From: a virus
Lineage: Duplodnaviria; Caudoviricetes
DNA: 64,000 nt
Strand: one strand, 5' to 3'
Virus record (IMG/VR): IMGVR_UViG_3300025372_000012
Span: 39,501-103,500 of that record
Below, piece by piece: positions 38,639 to 48,856 of the stretch (its first letter is position 1; each line of letters begins with the position of its first letter). The position numbers and the translations under genes were made by a program. The notes beneath the pieces were generated by a model, which saw only the letters and a list, made by a program, of their open reading frames with translations, was not told where the DNA came from and ran no database searches.

Positions 38639-40552
38639 ATGAAAGCAATCCAAATAATCAGTCAAGACCTATTCGACAAAGTTCGCAGCCGTTTCAGTAA
38701 TTTAGAAATGGGTGACGAAACTGGCGCAGTAACTATTGATCCTGCAGAAGCACGTTTCTTTGATTTTGATTTTGTACATGAGGATGTAAATCTTGGTCGT
38801 GTTAGTATCAGCTTAAATGAACTAGGAAGTTTAAAAGTTTATTACAGCCAAGGCATTACAGAAAATCAAGATGATCCTGCAAAGAAAACTTGGTATAGTT
38901 TCCTAAGAGAAATGCGTTTCTTTGCTATGCGTAGACTACTACGTTTTGATACACGTGACATTGCTAAAACAAATCTTGATAAGAATGATTTTCAGCACCT
39001 TGCTACTACGCAAGGCACTAAGGAAGAACCCGAAATGAATACAATGAACGAATCCAGATGGAATCACAAAAGTACTAAAAAGACTAGCCGTGCTGTAAAA
39101 GGACAAACAGAAGTTATTGTTCGCCATAGCCAAGCAGTTGACGAAATGTATCCAGGCGCACGTAGCCAACGTAAAAACATCAAGGCAATTTTTATTCAAA
39201 ACAAAGACGGCGAACGTTTCAAGTATCCTTTTATACATCCGGCAGGTGCGTTCGCAATGGCACAACACGTTGATCATGGCGGTGCACCACATGATCCAGC
39301 AGGCAAAGCAATTATCAAAATGAGCGAACAAATTGCTCAACTACAAGAATTTCAACGTAAAATAAGTCGCTCTACTCTTCACGACGACGCAACAGGAATT
39401 ACAGAACGTGCCATAGGCCGATTACAAGAATTAAAAGCAAGAGTAGAAGCATTAGGCAAACGTCACCATTATGAAGCATGGGTTGCTGAAATGACCGGTC
39501 AACCAGAAGCCGGTGACGATATTATGGAACTAGATGCTGTTACTATGGAGCAGTATAAACAAGCATTTACACAAACAAGTTTTCAAGAAGAACTGGCAGG
39601 TTACTTCCCACTACTTCACACAATTATGAGTGAAACAAATACAATAGATCTTGAATCTTATGTAAAAGAAGAAAGTGATATTTGTCCAGATTGCAAAGAA
39701 GATCCTTGTGTATGTGACAATCATGCAAAGAAAGAAAGTGCATTTGAAGAATTTGAAAATTGGGCAGAAGCTGTTGAACAAGGTAAATTAACCGACGACG
39801 AAATCGAAGCATTGAAGCAAGCGTTGGCAGCATTACCACAAGGTCCCGATGGTCCAGAATTAGAACTAGGACCAAACGGTGACACAGCATGGCAATTCTT
39901 TAGTGGACTAGGTTTAGACGATGGCGACTTAGAGAAGAAACTAGAAGCCGCTGCCGAACTAGATCCAGAAACTGATCCAGTAGAAGTTATGGCATTATGG
40001 GCAAAAGATCATTATCCAGAACTATTAGTGGCATTGGGCATCAGCGGTGAGGAACAACCACCTGCCGAAGCGCCACCTGCTCCTGAACAACCAACTGCCG
40101 AAAATGAAGAAAACAAAGGGCGTGAGCAAATGATGCCAACACGCGAAGGCATTGTTAAAGAAGTTGCTAAAATTGTTAAGAGTTTTTATAATGCAGACAA
40201 TCCAGAAGTTGGTCCATTCCGTGGCGGCGAAGGCATTGCTCTTGATTGCAAAAAGAAAATTGCAGAGAAGTTTGGAGATCAAGCCGGTACATTTGCAGAA
40301 GAAATGGCTGGTAAATTCATCGAAAAACTAACACAAGAATGGCAACAAAAACACGGACACGTTGCCAACGGTCACGGTGATGATGGGCTGGCACGTTTAA
40401 AAGAACTTGTTGGTAATATCAAAACTAAGGTAGAAGGTATCGGCGACCGTGGTAACGGCGGTGCAGACTTTAACAACAACATTATGTCTGCAGAAGAAAG
40501 TATTTTACCAGAAATGGCTGAAATCTTAAAGTTATCCGGATTGGCAAAATAA
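38639..40552 (+). CDS. Large acidic hypothetical protein, possibly head-internal
   Basis: 637 aa; TAAATA 5 nt upstream; CPDCKEDPCVC cluster; ends EILKLSGLAK. Confidence 0.7.
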   Translation: MKAIQIISQDLFDKVRSRFSNLEMGDETGAVTIDPAEARFFDFDFVHEDVNLGRVSISLNELGSLKVYYSQGITENQDDPAKKTWYSFLREMRFFAMRRLLRFDTRDIAKTNLDKNDFQHLATTQGTKEEPEMNTMNESRWNHKSTKKTSRAVKGQTEVIVRHSQAVDEMYPGARSQRKNIKAIFIQNKDGERFKYPFIHPAGAFAMAQHVDHGGAPHDPAGKAIIKMSEQIAQLQEFQRKISRSTLHDDATGITERAIGRLQELKARVEALGKRHHYEAWVAEMTGQPEAGDDIMELDAVTMEQYKQAFTQTSFQEELAGYFPLLHTIMSETNTIDLESYVKEESDICPDCKEDPCVCDNHAKKESAFEEFENWAEAVEQGKLTDDEIEALKQALAALPQGPDGPELELGPNGDTAWQFFSGLGLDDGDLEKKLEAAAELDPETDPVEVMALWAKDHYPELLVALGISGEEQPPAEAPPAPEQPTAENEENKGREQMMPTREGIVKEVAKIVKSFYNADNPEVGPFRGGEGIALDCKKKIAEKFGDQAGTFAEEMAGKFIEKLTQEWQQKHGHVANGHGDDGLARLKELVGNIKTKVEGIGDRGNGGADFNNNIMSAEESILPEMAEILKLSGLAK

Positions 40553-40583
40553 ACCACATTATTGCAGCCTTTTAGGTTGCAGG

Positions 40584-40629
40584 TATAAATAAAAGTGCGT
40601 ATAGTTATCTATATGCACTTTTTCTTTTT
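40584..40629 (+). promoter_or_regulatory. TATAAATA promoter followed by a hairpin and U-run in the gp32 leader
   Basis: aaagtgcgtatag-ttat-ctatatgcacttt then tttcttttt. Confidence 0.6.
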
Positions 40630-40683
40630 AGTCAGTTGGCTTTAAAGGAATGGCACATAAAATTATTATTAAGGAAAATCATT

Positions 40684-41682
40684 ATGGCAACTTTAGCAGA
40701 AATTCGCGCAAAACTTCAAGCATCATCTCAACAAAACACCGGTAGCGCAGGCGGTGGAGACAACGCAATTTACCCTCACTGGAACATGCCAGAAGGTTCA
40801 ACTACAACGGTTCGATTCCTTCCTGATGCAGACCCAAACAACACTTTTTTCTGGATTGAACGTGCAATGATCAAATTGCCTTTCGCCGGTGTCAAAGGTG
40901 AAACAAACTCTAAACCAGTTACCGTACAAGTCCCTTGTATGGAAATGTGGGGTGAGACATGCCCAATTCTAACAGAAGTTCGTCCATGGTTCAAAGATAA
41001 ATCTTTAGAAGACATGGGTCGTAAGTACTGGAAGAAGAAGTCTTACTTGTTCCAAGGTTTTGTTGGTGACAGCAAACTACAAGAAGACAAAACACCAGAA
41101 AATCCAATCCGTCGATTCATCATCGGCAGTCAGATTTTCAACATCGTCAAGAACGCCTTGATGGATAGTGAAATTGAAGAATTGCCAACAGACTATGTTC
41201 GTGGTTTGGACTTCAAAATTGCTAAAACATCTAAAGGTGGCTATGCTGACTATTCTACATCAACTTGGGCTCGTCGTGAACGTGCTTTGAGCGATGCAGA
41301 AAATGCGGCAATCGCACAGCATGGATTGTTTGATTTGAAGAGCTTCTTGCCTAAGAAGCCAGGTGATGTTGAACTCAAAGTCATGAAAGAAATGTTCGAA
41401 GCGTCAGTTGACGGCGAGGCATTTGACATGGATCGTTGGGGTCAATATTTCAAACCAGACGGTATGAAGGGTAACTTCAACGGCAATGCTCCAACACAGG
41501 CAAGTACACCAACTCCGGCAGCTCGTCCAGCACCAGCAGCCGCACCAGTTGATGAAGACGACGCCCCTTTTGAGACAGCGGCTCCTGCCGCAGAACCAGC
41601 AGCCGCTCCGGCAGCAACAGGTGACGCAGGATCTCGTGCCGCAGACATCATTGCGATGATCCGTAATCGTCAAAAGCAATAA
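40684..41682 (+). CDS. gp32: Single-stranded DNA-binding protein (gp32-like)
   Basis: VRFLPD, CPIL, YWKKKSY, GLDFKIAK...GGYADY; SD aagga before ATG 40684. Confidence 0.85.
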   Translation: MATLAEIRAKLQASSQQNTGSAGGGDNAIYPHWNMPEGSTTTVRFLPDADPNNTFFWIERAMIKLPFAGVKGETNSKPVTVQVPCMEMWGETCPILTEVRPWFKDKSLEDMGRKYWKKKSYLFQGFVGDSKLQEDKTPENPIRRFIIGSQIFNIVKNALMDSEIEELPTDYVRGLDFKIAKTSKGGYADYSTSTWARRERALSDAENAAIAQHGLFDLKSFLPKKPGDVELKVMKEMFEASVDGEAFDMDRWGQYFKPDGMKGNFNGNAPTQASTPTPAARPAPAAAPVDEDDAPFETAAPAAEPAAAPAATGDAGSRAADIIAMIRNRQKQ

Positions 41683-41695
41683 TTAGGAGTTGAGC

Positions 41696-42760
41696 ATGGC
41701 AAAATCCTTTGATATTTCAAAGTTTCGTAAATCTATCACCAAGTCTATCGACGGCTTAGGTATTGGGTTTAACGATCCTACAGACTGGATATCAACAGGT
41801 AACTATGCTTTGAATTATCTTATCAGCGGTGACTTCTACAAAGGAGTTCCGCTGGGTAAGGTAACCGTGTTTGCTGGTGAATCTGGTGCAGGTAAATCAT
41901 ATATTTGCTCCGGAAACATCATTAAGGCAGCACAGGAACAAGGCATCTATGTTATTTTAGTTGATTCCGAAAACGCTCTTGATCAGAAGTGGCTTGAAGA
42001 CCTCGGTGTCGATACAAGCGATGAAAAACTTCTAAAACTCAACATGGCTATGATTGACGATGTGGCAAAAACCATTTCCGAATTCATGAAAGAGTACAAA
42101 GTTATGCCCGAGGAAAGCCGTCCTAAGGTATTGTTTGTAATTGACTCTTTAGGTATGTTGTTGACTCCAACTGATGTGAATCAGTTCGAAGCAGGTGAGA
42201 TGAAAGGTGACATGGGCCGTAAGCCTAAAGCACTTACATCACTTGTTCGTAATTGTGTAAACATGTTTGGTTCTTGGAATGTAGGGTTAGTTGCTACTAA
42301 TCACACATACGCAAGCCAAGATATGTTTGACCCTGATGACAAAATTAGCGGTGGACAAGGTTTCATTTATGCAAGCTCTATTGTTGTTGCTATGCGTAAG
42401 TTGAAATTGAAAACAGATGCAGACGGTAACAAAACTTCCGAAGTGCATGGTATTCGTAGTGCTTGTAAGATTATGAAAACACGTTATGCAAAACCTTTTG
42501 AGTCAGTACAAGTTGAAATTCCATATTCAACAGGTATGAGCCCACATAGCGGTTTAGTTGATTTGTTTGAAGCCAAAGGTATGTTGAAGAAAGAAGGCAA
42601 TAGTCTTGTTTACACAACAGCTGACGGTGAAATTATCAAGCAATTCCGTAAAGCATGGGAACGTAACGAAAAAGATGGTTTAAATATCATCATGACAGAT
42701 ATTTCTAAAAATGGTATGGCTGTCGAAACTCCGGCAGTAGCTGAGACTGAGGAAGAATAA
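41696..42760 (+). CDS. uvsX: RecA-like recombinase
   Basis: AGESGAGKS, VDSENAL, VIDSLG, TNHTY, SGGQG. Confidence 0.92.
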   Translation: MAKSFDISKFRKSITKSIDGLGIGFNDPTDWISTGNYALNYLISGDFYKGVPLGKVTVFAGESGAGKSYICSGNIIKAAQEQGIYVILVDSENALDQKWLEDLGVDTSDEKLLKLNMAMIDDVAKTISEFMKEYKVMPEESRPKVLFVIDSLGMLLTPTDVNQFEAGEMKGDMGRKPKALTSLVRNCVNMFGSWNVGLVATNHTYASQDMFDPDDKISGGQGFIYASSIVVAMRKLKLKTDADGNKTSEVHGIRSACKIMKTRYAKPFESVQVEIPYSTGMSPHSGLVDLFEAKGMLKKEGNSLVYTTADGEIIKQFRKAWERNEKDGLNIIMTDISKNGMAVETPAVAETEEE

Positions 42761-43005
42761 TGGAAGAAGATCTAATCATTGAAATTTGGGATGTTTTTAA
42801 AGAATATATCCCTGATAAAAATAAAGAAACGGCAGCTTCTCATTTCATTGATATGCTTATTGGTAAAGATGTTGAGCCAAGTGTTATTAAAGGGTTATCT
42901 GGATATGACACTCATCTCGACGAAGCCATCGAATTGGCATTTGCCGACGACATAGAAGATGAATTGGAAGATGATGATTGGGATTACAACGAAGACGAGG
43001 ATTAA
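42760..43005 (+). CDS. Small acidic hypothetical protein
   Basis: 81 aa, TAATG overlap with uvsX. Confidence 0.7.
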   Translation: MEEDLIIEIWDVFKEYIPDKNKETAASHFIDMLIGKDVEPSVIKGLSGYDTHLDEAIELAFADDIEDELEDDDWDYNEDED

Positions 43006-43008
43006 TCC

Positions 43009-43464
43009 ATGTCTTGGTATGCTAAAGTCTCGAAGGACATAGCACATCTCCCAGGTTGTTTAGATTATTTTTACAACGAGATCGAAGAAGCAAAAAAAGA
43101 GGTCAAAATCTACGGAAACGTGGAGAAGGCCTCTGCTTCTTTACCGGGTATTGTTGAACATAGGTTTAATCAACTTCAGGAAATCGAAGCTGTCCTCGAA
43201 TATCTTAACATCGAGTTAAGAAGAATTAAATCCAAAGCATTTCGTAAGTATCTCGAAAGCTATCAACGTGCTCTCAGTTCAAGAGATGCTGAAAAATTTG
43301 CTGAAGGTGAAGCAGATGTAGTTGATATGGAAAAAATTATCAATGAATTTGCTATGTTGCGTAACCAATGGCTGGGCATTGTTAAAGGACTTGATATCAA
43401 GCAATGGCAATTAGGTAATATTATTAAATTGAGAGCCGCAGGGCTTGAAGATATTAGTCTATGA
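43009..43464 (+). CDS. uvsY: Recombination mediator
   Basis: FRKYLESYQRALSSRDAEKF...KGLDIKQWQL...LRAAGLED. Confidence 0.85.
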   Translation: MSWYAKVSKDIAHLPGCLDYFYNEIEEAKKEVKIYGNVEKASASLPGIVEHRFNQLQEIEAVLEYLNIELRRIKSKAFRKYLESYQRALSSRDAEKFAEGEADVVDMEKIINEFAMLRNQWLGIVKGLDIKQWQLGNIIKLRAAGLEDISL

Positions 43465-43473
43465 GTGTATAAT
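43445..43473 (+). promoter_or_regulatory. Sigma70-like promoter
   Basis: TTGAAG-17 nt-TATAAT; ATG 43480 falls at the expected +1. Confidence 0.6.
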
Positions 43474-43479
43474 AGTACT

Positions 43480-44652
43480 ATGAACATTGAAGATTTGATG
43501 ATTGCACTGATTTATTCCAACATTAAGAAGAATGATTGGGATACTAAACTTGGTTATAGCTTTTATGACCAAATTAGCCGTGGGTCCGGTTTCACAGAAA
43601 AACAAAGTAACCTGGCAATTAAAATTCTTAGCCGGCATCATATGGCACTGAGTGTGGCTCTTAACAAAAATATTGCTCCATTCCTCGAAAATCCGGTATT
43701 TCGACTACCTATACGTAAAATTAGTGAATCAAAACAATTAAGCGTAGTGGAGCATTCTCAGCATGGCAGAGTGATTAAGGCAATATTTCCTTACAATGAG
43801 AAAACGGTTGAGAATATTAGAAAAAATCGAGACTCAATAGGATCAGCAGTTTGGGACAAAGAGGAAAAATGTTGGTTTTTTGCCCTAAACGAAGAAAGCA
43901 TCAAATTTTTGAGAGATTTAGATAATTTCGGAACAGACGAAATGTTTCAAAATTATGTTTCTCAAATAAAATCAATTGAAGACGAGTTAGAAAATCATAT
44001 ACCAATGTTGGTAATTGAAGACGGTATGCCAAAATTGAAAAATTGTGCCTCATCAGTGCCTATCCTTGAAACAACTGATATTTTGACCTCAATTTTTGAG
44101 GCAAGAAAACGTGGAATTTTTACATGGGACGACACTATCTCTAATTTTTTAGATAGCGACGAAGTTGATCCTCTCACAAGAGATTTCTTAAAAGCCGATC
44201 CCAGTAAGGAAACAGGGCTGGATAAGGATTTACACCAAATTTCTGAATTTTCCGCCATTGTCAAGCACCTACTGCCTATACTGGTTGTAATCCCCGGTGG
44301 TAACGAATTAGAGACAATGAAAATTTCTTGCGAATTTTTGACCAATTTAGGAATTGCCAACGACGAGATGAGTGTGCTGTTTAGACTGCCTTCTACTACC
44401 CATGAAAATTTCAATAATTTTGTGAAATTTAATGAATTGAATTCACCAATTTCTGAAAAAACTAAAGTAGTCTTCGTCAGTAGCAAAATGCCTAAGCCTG
44501 TGTTAAAATCTAAAATTAAATTTCATAGTTCATTGAATTTAGGTTACAGCAACGTGCATTACACTATGAGAAATTTCTTGAAAAATCAGGAAAATTCACT
44601 GATTTATACAAAAGAAAAAGAAATAAGGAATATTAAGTTTGGGTTCATGTAA
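43480..44652 (+). CDS. Hypothetical protein with HARP-like segment
   Basis: FPYNEKTVENIRK...WDKEEKCWFF; overlaps the uvsW start. Confidence 0.65.
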   Translation: MNIEDLMIALIYSNIKKNDWDTKLGYSFYDQISRGSGFTEKQSNLAIKILSRHHMALSVALNKNIAPFLENPVFRLPIRKISESKQLSVVEHSQHGRVIKAIFPYNEKTVENIRKNRDSIGSAVWDKEEKCWFFALNEESIKFLRDLDNFGTDEMFQNYVSQIKSIEDELENHIPMLVIEDGMPKLKNCASSVPILETTDILTSIFEARKRGIFTWDDTISNFLDSDEVDPLTRDFLKADPSKETGLDKDLHQISEFSAIVKHLLPILVVIPGGNELETMKISCEFLTNLGIANDEMSVLFRLPSTTHENFNNFVKFNELNSPISEKTKVVFVSSKMPKPVLKSKIKFHSSLNLGYSNVHYTMRNFLKNQENSLIYTKEKEIRNIKFGFM

Positions 44653-46099
44653 AATTATCATTAAGGATGAGGTGAATGTTAAGATAGAAAATTTAGATCT
44701 TGACACACGCAAAGCCTTGGTTAAAAAGTTTAAGTACGAAGACCCGACTGCCCGCTTCAGACCAGCCTATAAATTAGGTCGTTGGGATGGATCAGTTAGT
44801 TTCTTCGGTCTCGGCGGTACTACCTATCTAAGTATGTTACCACAAGTGTTAGAATTTCTTGAGATGAGAAATTTCTACATTGAATTGGAAGATAATCGAG
44901 TTCCTGTGAACTTAGATTTTGAACAAATTTCTGAGGATTTTTGGGGTGAAAAAACGTGGCCTGTAGGACATCGATTTGCTGGTGAATATATTAGGTTGCG
45001 TGATGACCAAGTTGAAGTTATCAATAAATTTTTAGAAAATCCTCAATGTATTCAAGAAATTGCCACAGGATTTGGTAAGACAATTACAACTGCAACATTG
45101 GCAAAAATTTGTGAAAAATATGGTCGGACCGTATGTATTGTTCCTAACAAAAGTCTTGTTGAACAGACAGAAGAAGACTTTATTAACTGCGGATTAGATG
45201 TCGGTGTTTACTATGGAGATAGAAAAAATCTCGATAAAACACACACTATTTGTACTTGGCAAAGTCTCAATATTTTAGACAAAAATTCCAAAGATATTGG
45301 CGAAGAAGAACTGCTAACTTTGGCAGAATTATTGGACGGTGTTCAATGTGTTATGGTTGACGAAGTCCATATGGCTAAGGCAGAAGTGCTAAAGAATTTG
45401 TTAACAAGAAATTTATCTAACGCACCTATTCGTTGGGGATTAACTGGAACCGTACCTAAGGCAGATCATGAATTTCAAAGCATTCGGGCAAGTTTAGGAG
45501 AAGTTGTTCACCGTGTTAAGGCACATGAATTACAGGAAAAAGGCATCCTAAGCGATTGTCATGTTAACATCGTTCAGACTGCCGAATGGAAAGAATTTAG
45601 CGGGTACCCCGAAGAGTTAAAATTCCTGGTCACTGATAAAGATCGAATGACCTATATTGGTAATTTAATTAACGGTATTGCAGAAACAGGTAACACATTG
45701 GTTTTAGTTGATAGAATTGAATGTGGACAATTTTTACAAACACAATTAACAGACTCTGTATTCATATCAGGTTCTGTAAAGACAAAAGACAGAAAGACAG
45801 AATATGACGAAGTTAAAACTGCTGACAACAAGATTATTGTGGCGACTTACGGTGTGGCCGCTGTGGGTATTAATGTGCCCCGCATTTTTAATCTGGTTAT
45901 GGTTGAGCCCGGAAAGAGCTTTACAAGGGTTATACAGAGCATTGGGCGCGGCATTCGAAAAGCAGACGACAAAGACTTTGTACAAATTTGGGACCTCACG
46001 GCATCTACAAAATACGCGAAGAGGCATCTTACAGAACGTAAGAAGTTCTATAAAGAAGCGAAGTATCCATTCACAATTGAAAAAGTAAAATATATATAA
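44639..46099 (+). CDS. uvsW: SF2 DNA helicase
   Basis: ATGFGKT, DEVH, GLTGT, QSIGRGIR. Confidence 0.9.
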   Translation: MGSCKIIIKDEVNVKIENLDLDTRKALVKKFKYEDPTARFRPAYKLGRWDGSVSFFGLGGTTYLSMLPQVLEFLEMRNFYIELEDNRVPVNLDFEQISEDFWGEKTWPVGHRFAGEYIRLRDDQVEVINKFLENPQCIQEIATGFGKTITTATLAKICEKYGRTVCIVPNKSLVEQTEEDFINCGLDVGVYYGDRKNLDKTHTICTWQSLNILDKNSKDIGEEELLTLAELLDGVQCVMVDEVHMAKAEVLKNLLTRNLSNAPIRWGLTGTVPKADHEFQSIRASLGEVVHRVKAHELQEKGILSDCHVNIVQTAEWKEFSGYPEELKFLVTDKDRMTYIGNLINGIAETGNTLVLVDRIECGQFLQTQLTDSVFISGSVKTKDRKTEYDEVKTADNKIIVATYGVAAVGINVPRIFNLVMVEPGKSFTRVIQSIGRGIRKADDKDFVQIWDLTASTKYAKRHLTERKKFYKEAKYPFTIEKVKYI

Positions 46100-46602
46100 T
46101 GCAAATTTTAACCTTAGAAAATAAAACGTTTTATCTTAACGATCTTCCAGAGGAAATTGAAGAAGATTTGCGATTCTCTGTTTTAGACAATAGCGATAGT
46201 TCTAACCCGGATCATTTCTTTATTCCTTTAATCTTTTTAGAATCGTTTACTGGACCAGCTGTGGTACTAAAAATTGGACCACACGAACTCACTATGCCAC
46301 TTGATTGGTGTACAATTGTCGGAGACCCGGAAGGTCCTGATATGGAAATACTACCGTTGACAAGCCTTAATGATAGAGGATTTAGAACATTTTGTTTTAA
46401 TCCCATTAGTGGCTTTAGACCAGAGTTTTTAGATATTGACATCGTAGATGTCTACCAAGATGTTAAATGGTATTTCCCTAAAATGAAGCCGGGTCAATTA
46501 CTTTGTACACCACTTCATGCTGGTCCTGAACCTCTATGTGCATACTTTGTCAAAGAAGTTAGCCGACAAAGTGAATTGGTGGATTATACTAAGTGTTGGT
46601 AA
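46099..46602 (+). CDS. Hypothetical protein
   Basis: 167-aa ORF, TAATG-coupled to uvsW. Confidence 0.75.
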   Translation: MQILTLENKTFYLNDLPEEIEEDLRFSVLDNSDSSNPDHFFIPLIFLESFTGPAVVLKIGPHELTMPLDWCTIVGDPEGPDMEILPLTSLNDRGFRTFCFNPISGFRPEFLDIDIVDVYQDVKWYFPKMKPGQLLCTPLHAGPEPLCAYFVKEVSRQSELVDYTKCW

Positions 46603-46603
46603 T

Positions 46604-46870
46604 ATGGGATCGTTAACTCCTGGCACAACCTATGTCTATGAGCATGTCGATGGCGTTACATACGCTCGTGAATCTGGCGCACCTGTTAACACACGAGTAG
46701 AGATAGGTCGCACTATAGAGCGTACAGCATTTGATAGAGAACTTAGAGAAACGTTGATCTGGAAGGATATACATCTTGCCGCAAAGACCAATCCTACTTT
46801 ACAAGCTGCCATAGATCGTGTTAAAATTATATATCACTTGAGTAAAAGAAATGGCAACAGCGAAACTTGA
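46604..46870 (+). CDS. Hypothetical protein
   Basis: ATG 46604 just after the upstream stop. Confidence 0.65.
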   Translation: MGSLTPGTTYVYEHVDGVTYARESGAPVNTRVEIGRTIERTAFDRELRETLIWKDIHLAAKTNPTLQAAIDRVKIIYHLSKRNGNSET

Positions 46871-47315
46871 TATTAAACGTGAACTAAATGGCGTAGATCG
46901 TAAACAATATGATTTCTACGATAATCTCACAGATGAAGAAAAGAAAGCATTTAGTCCATATATACTAATGCGTTATACCAGCAACGTACAAGGTGATAGA
47001 GATATTCAAGAATGGTTTCTTGAAATGACAAATGAATGTGTCAATAAGAATCATTGGGATCTAAGCAAGAACCATAAAGCATTATTGTGGAAGTTATTTG
47101 CTGCTACAGGTGCAGGAGTAAACTGCTACCATCCTTATTTGGCAGCAGGTAAAAAAGAAAAAGCAAACAAGATAGAAAAATTATTAGCAGAACTATATCC
47201 AGCAATGAAGATGGAAGATATTAAAATAATGGCTTCTATGATGGATAAATCAGACAAAGAAGAATTGTTTGACAAGATGGGGTTTGATAAGAAACAACGG
47301 AAAGAATACGAGTGA
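46851..47315 (+). CDS. Possible clamp-loader small subunit (gp62-like)
   Basis: FSPYILMRYTS...NE pattern and size; weak similarity. Confidence 0.45.
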   Translation: MATAKLDIKRELNGVDRKQYDFYDNLTDEEKKAFSPYILMRYTSNVQGDRDIQEWFLEMTNECVNKNHWDLSKNHKALLWKLFAATGAGVNCYHPYLAAGKKEKANKIEKLLAELYPAMKMEDIKIMASMMDKSDKEELFDKMGFDKKQRKEYE

Positions 47316-48007
47316 TAGCATTAGTGGATCAACCTTATAAATGTGTACATTGTAATAAGAGCTTCATGCAGGAGAAGACTCTTGTTGCTCATATGTGTGA
47401 GCGCAAACGCCGGGCTTTACAAAAAAACGAGAAGCGTGTTCAAGCAGGTTACATGGCGTTTAATCGTTGGTGGCAACTTGCACAAAATGCTAAAAAATTA
47501 AAAACATACGACGAATTCTGTGACACATCTTACTACAATGCATTTGTTAAATTTGGTAGTTTTGTCAACAATGTTAATCCTATCTATCCTGAGAAGTTTA
47601 TAGACTACGTTATCAAAAGTGGTGTCAAATTAGACCATTGGTGTAGGGATGAATTGTATGATCAATATTTGGTTGAGATGTTAAAAGTCGAACCTGTTGA
47701 AAGCGCAGTCCAAAGGTCTTTACAAACAATGATGGAATGGGGAGAAGAGCATCGTGCAGAATTTGCACATTACTTCAACTATGTAAGTCTCAACAAAGCA
47801 GTATACGATATCAAAAACGGCATGATCAGTCCGTGGGTTATTTTAAATACCGTATCCGGAAAAGAAATGGTACAAAAAATGAGCGATGAACAATTAAATA
47901 TGATTTCAACATCGTTCGATGTACCTTTTTGGCTTCGTAAATTTAAAGAAATTCCTGCCGACGTCGCTCTGGTAAAAGAGATATGCCGGGAAGTTGGCAT
48001 AAAATGA
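47312..48007 (+). CDS. Zn-finger-containing hypothetical protein
   Basis: YKCVHCNKSFMQEKTLVAHMC at the N-terminus. Confidence 0.7.
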   Translation: MIALVDQPYKCVHCNKSFMQEKTLVAHMCERKRRALQKNEKRVQAGYMAFNRWWQLAQNAKKLKTYDEFCDTSYYNAFVKFGSFVNNVNPIYPEKFIDYVIKSGVKLDHWCRDELYDQYLVEMLKVEPVESAVQRSLQTMMEWGEEHRAEFAHYFNYVSLNKAVYDIKNGMISPWVILNTVSGKEMVQKMSDEQLNMISTSFDVPFWLRKFKEIPADVALVKEICREVGIK

Positions 48008-48315
48008 ATCCGAATATAAAAAAAGAATTTGAAGAACAATTTGGGGCAAGAGTTGAACCTGGGCATCGAACATTTCGTCGTCCGATAGCGGTGCCTAATT
48101 GGTCTGCCTATAATATAGGTGATATGAACATGAGTACAGAAATTATTCCGTCGTTGACTATTCATATAAGTGAAGAAGAATTTGAACATATGACACAATA
48201 CATGCCGGGTAGAATAATTAGAGAAAGAAACATGAGAGAAGATATTCCTGCACTGAAGAAAGCATGGGATAACTATCAATTATTACTAAAATTGTGTAGT
48301 GGAGATTATTACTGA
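48004..48315 (+). CDS. Hypothetical protein
   Basis: ATGA-coupled ORF. Confidence 0.65.
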   Translation: MNPNIKKEFEEQFGARVEPGHRTFRRPIAVPNWSAYNIGDMNMSTEIIPSLTIHISEEEFEHMTQYMPGRIIRERNMREDIPALKKAWDNYQLLLKLCSGDYY

Positions 48316-48500
48316 TGAACATAGTAAAAGAAGGAAGTTGTTGGTGGGGCGGCGACTCTAAAAAATTTATAGTTCTTGCTGTTATAGAACAAGAAGGAAA
48401 TACTTGGGTGCATTACCGTGACGATGGTAACGAATCACCTAAAGAATATAGTTGTTATCTAGAAAGTTTTCTAAGTAGATTTATTGAGGTACCAAAATGA
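48315..48500 (+). CDS. Small hypothetical protein
   Basis: 61 aa; SD ggag; coupled on both sides. Confidence 0.65.
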   Translation: MNIVKEGSCWWGGDSKKFIVLAVIEQEGNTWVHYRDDGNESPKEYSCYLESFLSRFIEVPK

Positions 48501-48856
48501 CAAGATTAACTGGTTACGTTGAAAAAGGTTGGGGACACGAATATATTTTTGCCACCAATGACAAGTATTGCGGAAAAATAATGAAGTTTAATAAAGACGC
48601 AAAATTTAGTATGCATTTTCACTCAGAGAAAGATGAGACATGGTTTGTATTGAGTGGTAAATTTATTGTTAAATGGATTGATACCGTAACAGCTGACCAC
48701 TACGAACAAGAATTAAACGTAAACGACACGTGGCACAACCCTCCATTTTTCCCTCATCAGGTTATTTGTGTAGAAGAAGGTGCCCTTATCGAAGTTAGTA
48801 CTCCCGATAGTATAGCAGACAATTATCGAGTTGCTAAGGGAGATAGTCAAAAGTGA
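48497..48856 (+). CDS. Cupin sugar isomerase-like protein (M6P/D-lyxose isomerase type)
   Basis: KGWGHE...SMHFHSEKDETWFVLSG...PH...EVST. Confidence 0.8.
   Translation: MTRLTGYVEKGWGHEYIFATNDKYCGKIMKFNKDAKFSMHFHSEKDETWFVLSGKFIVKWIDTVTADHYEQELNVNDTWHNPPFFPHQVICVEEGALIEVSTPDSIADNYRVAKGDSQK

Noticed and set aside
29410-43479. Upstream starts in the ORF track (29410, 37019, 40636, 43465)
   Set aside because: They overlap promoters, terminators or leaders; downstream ATGs fit SD or promoter spacing better
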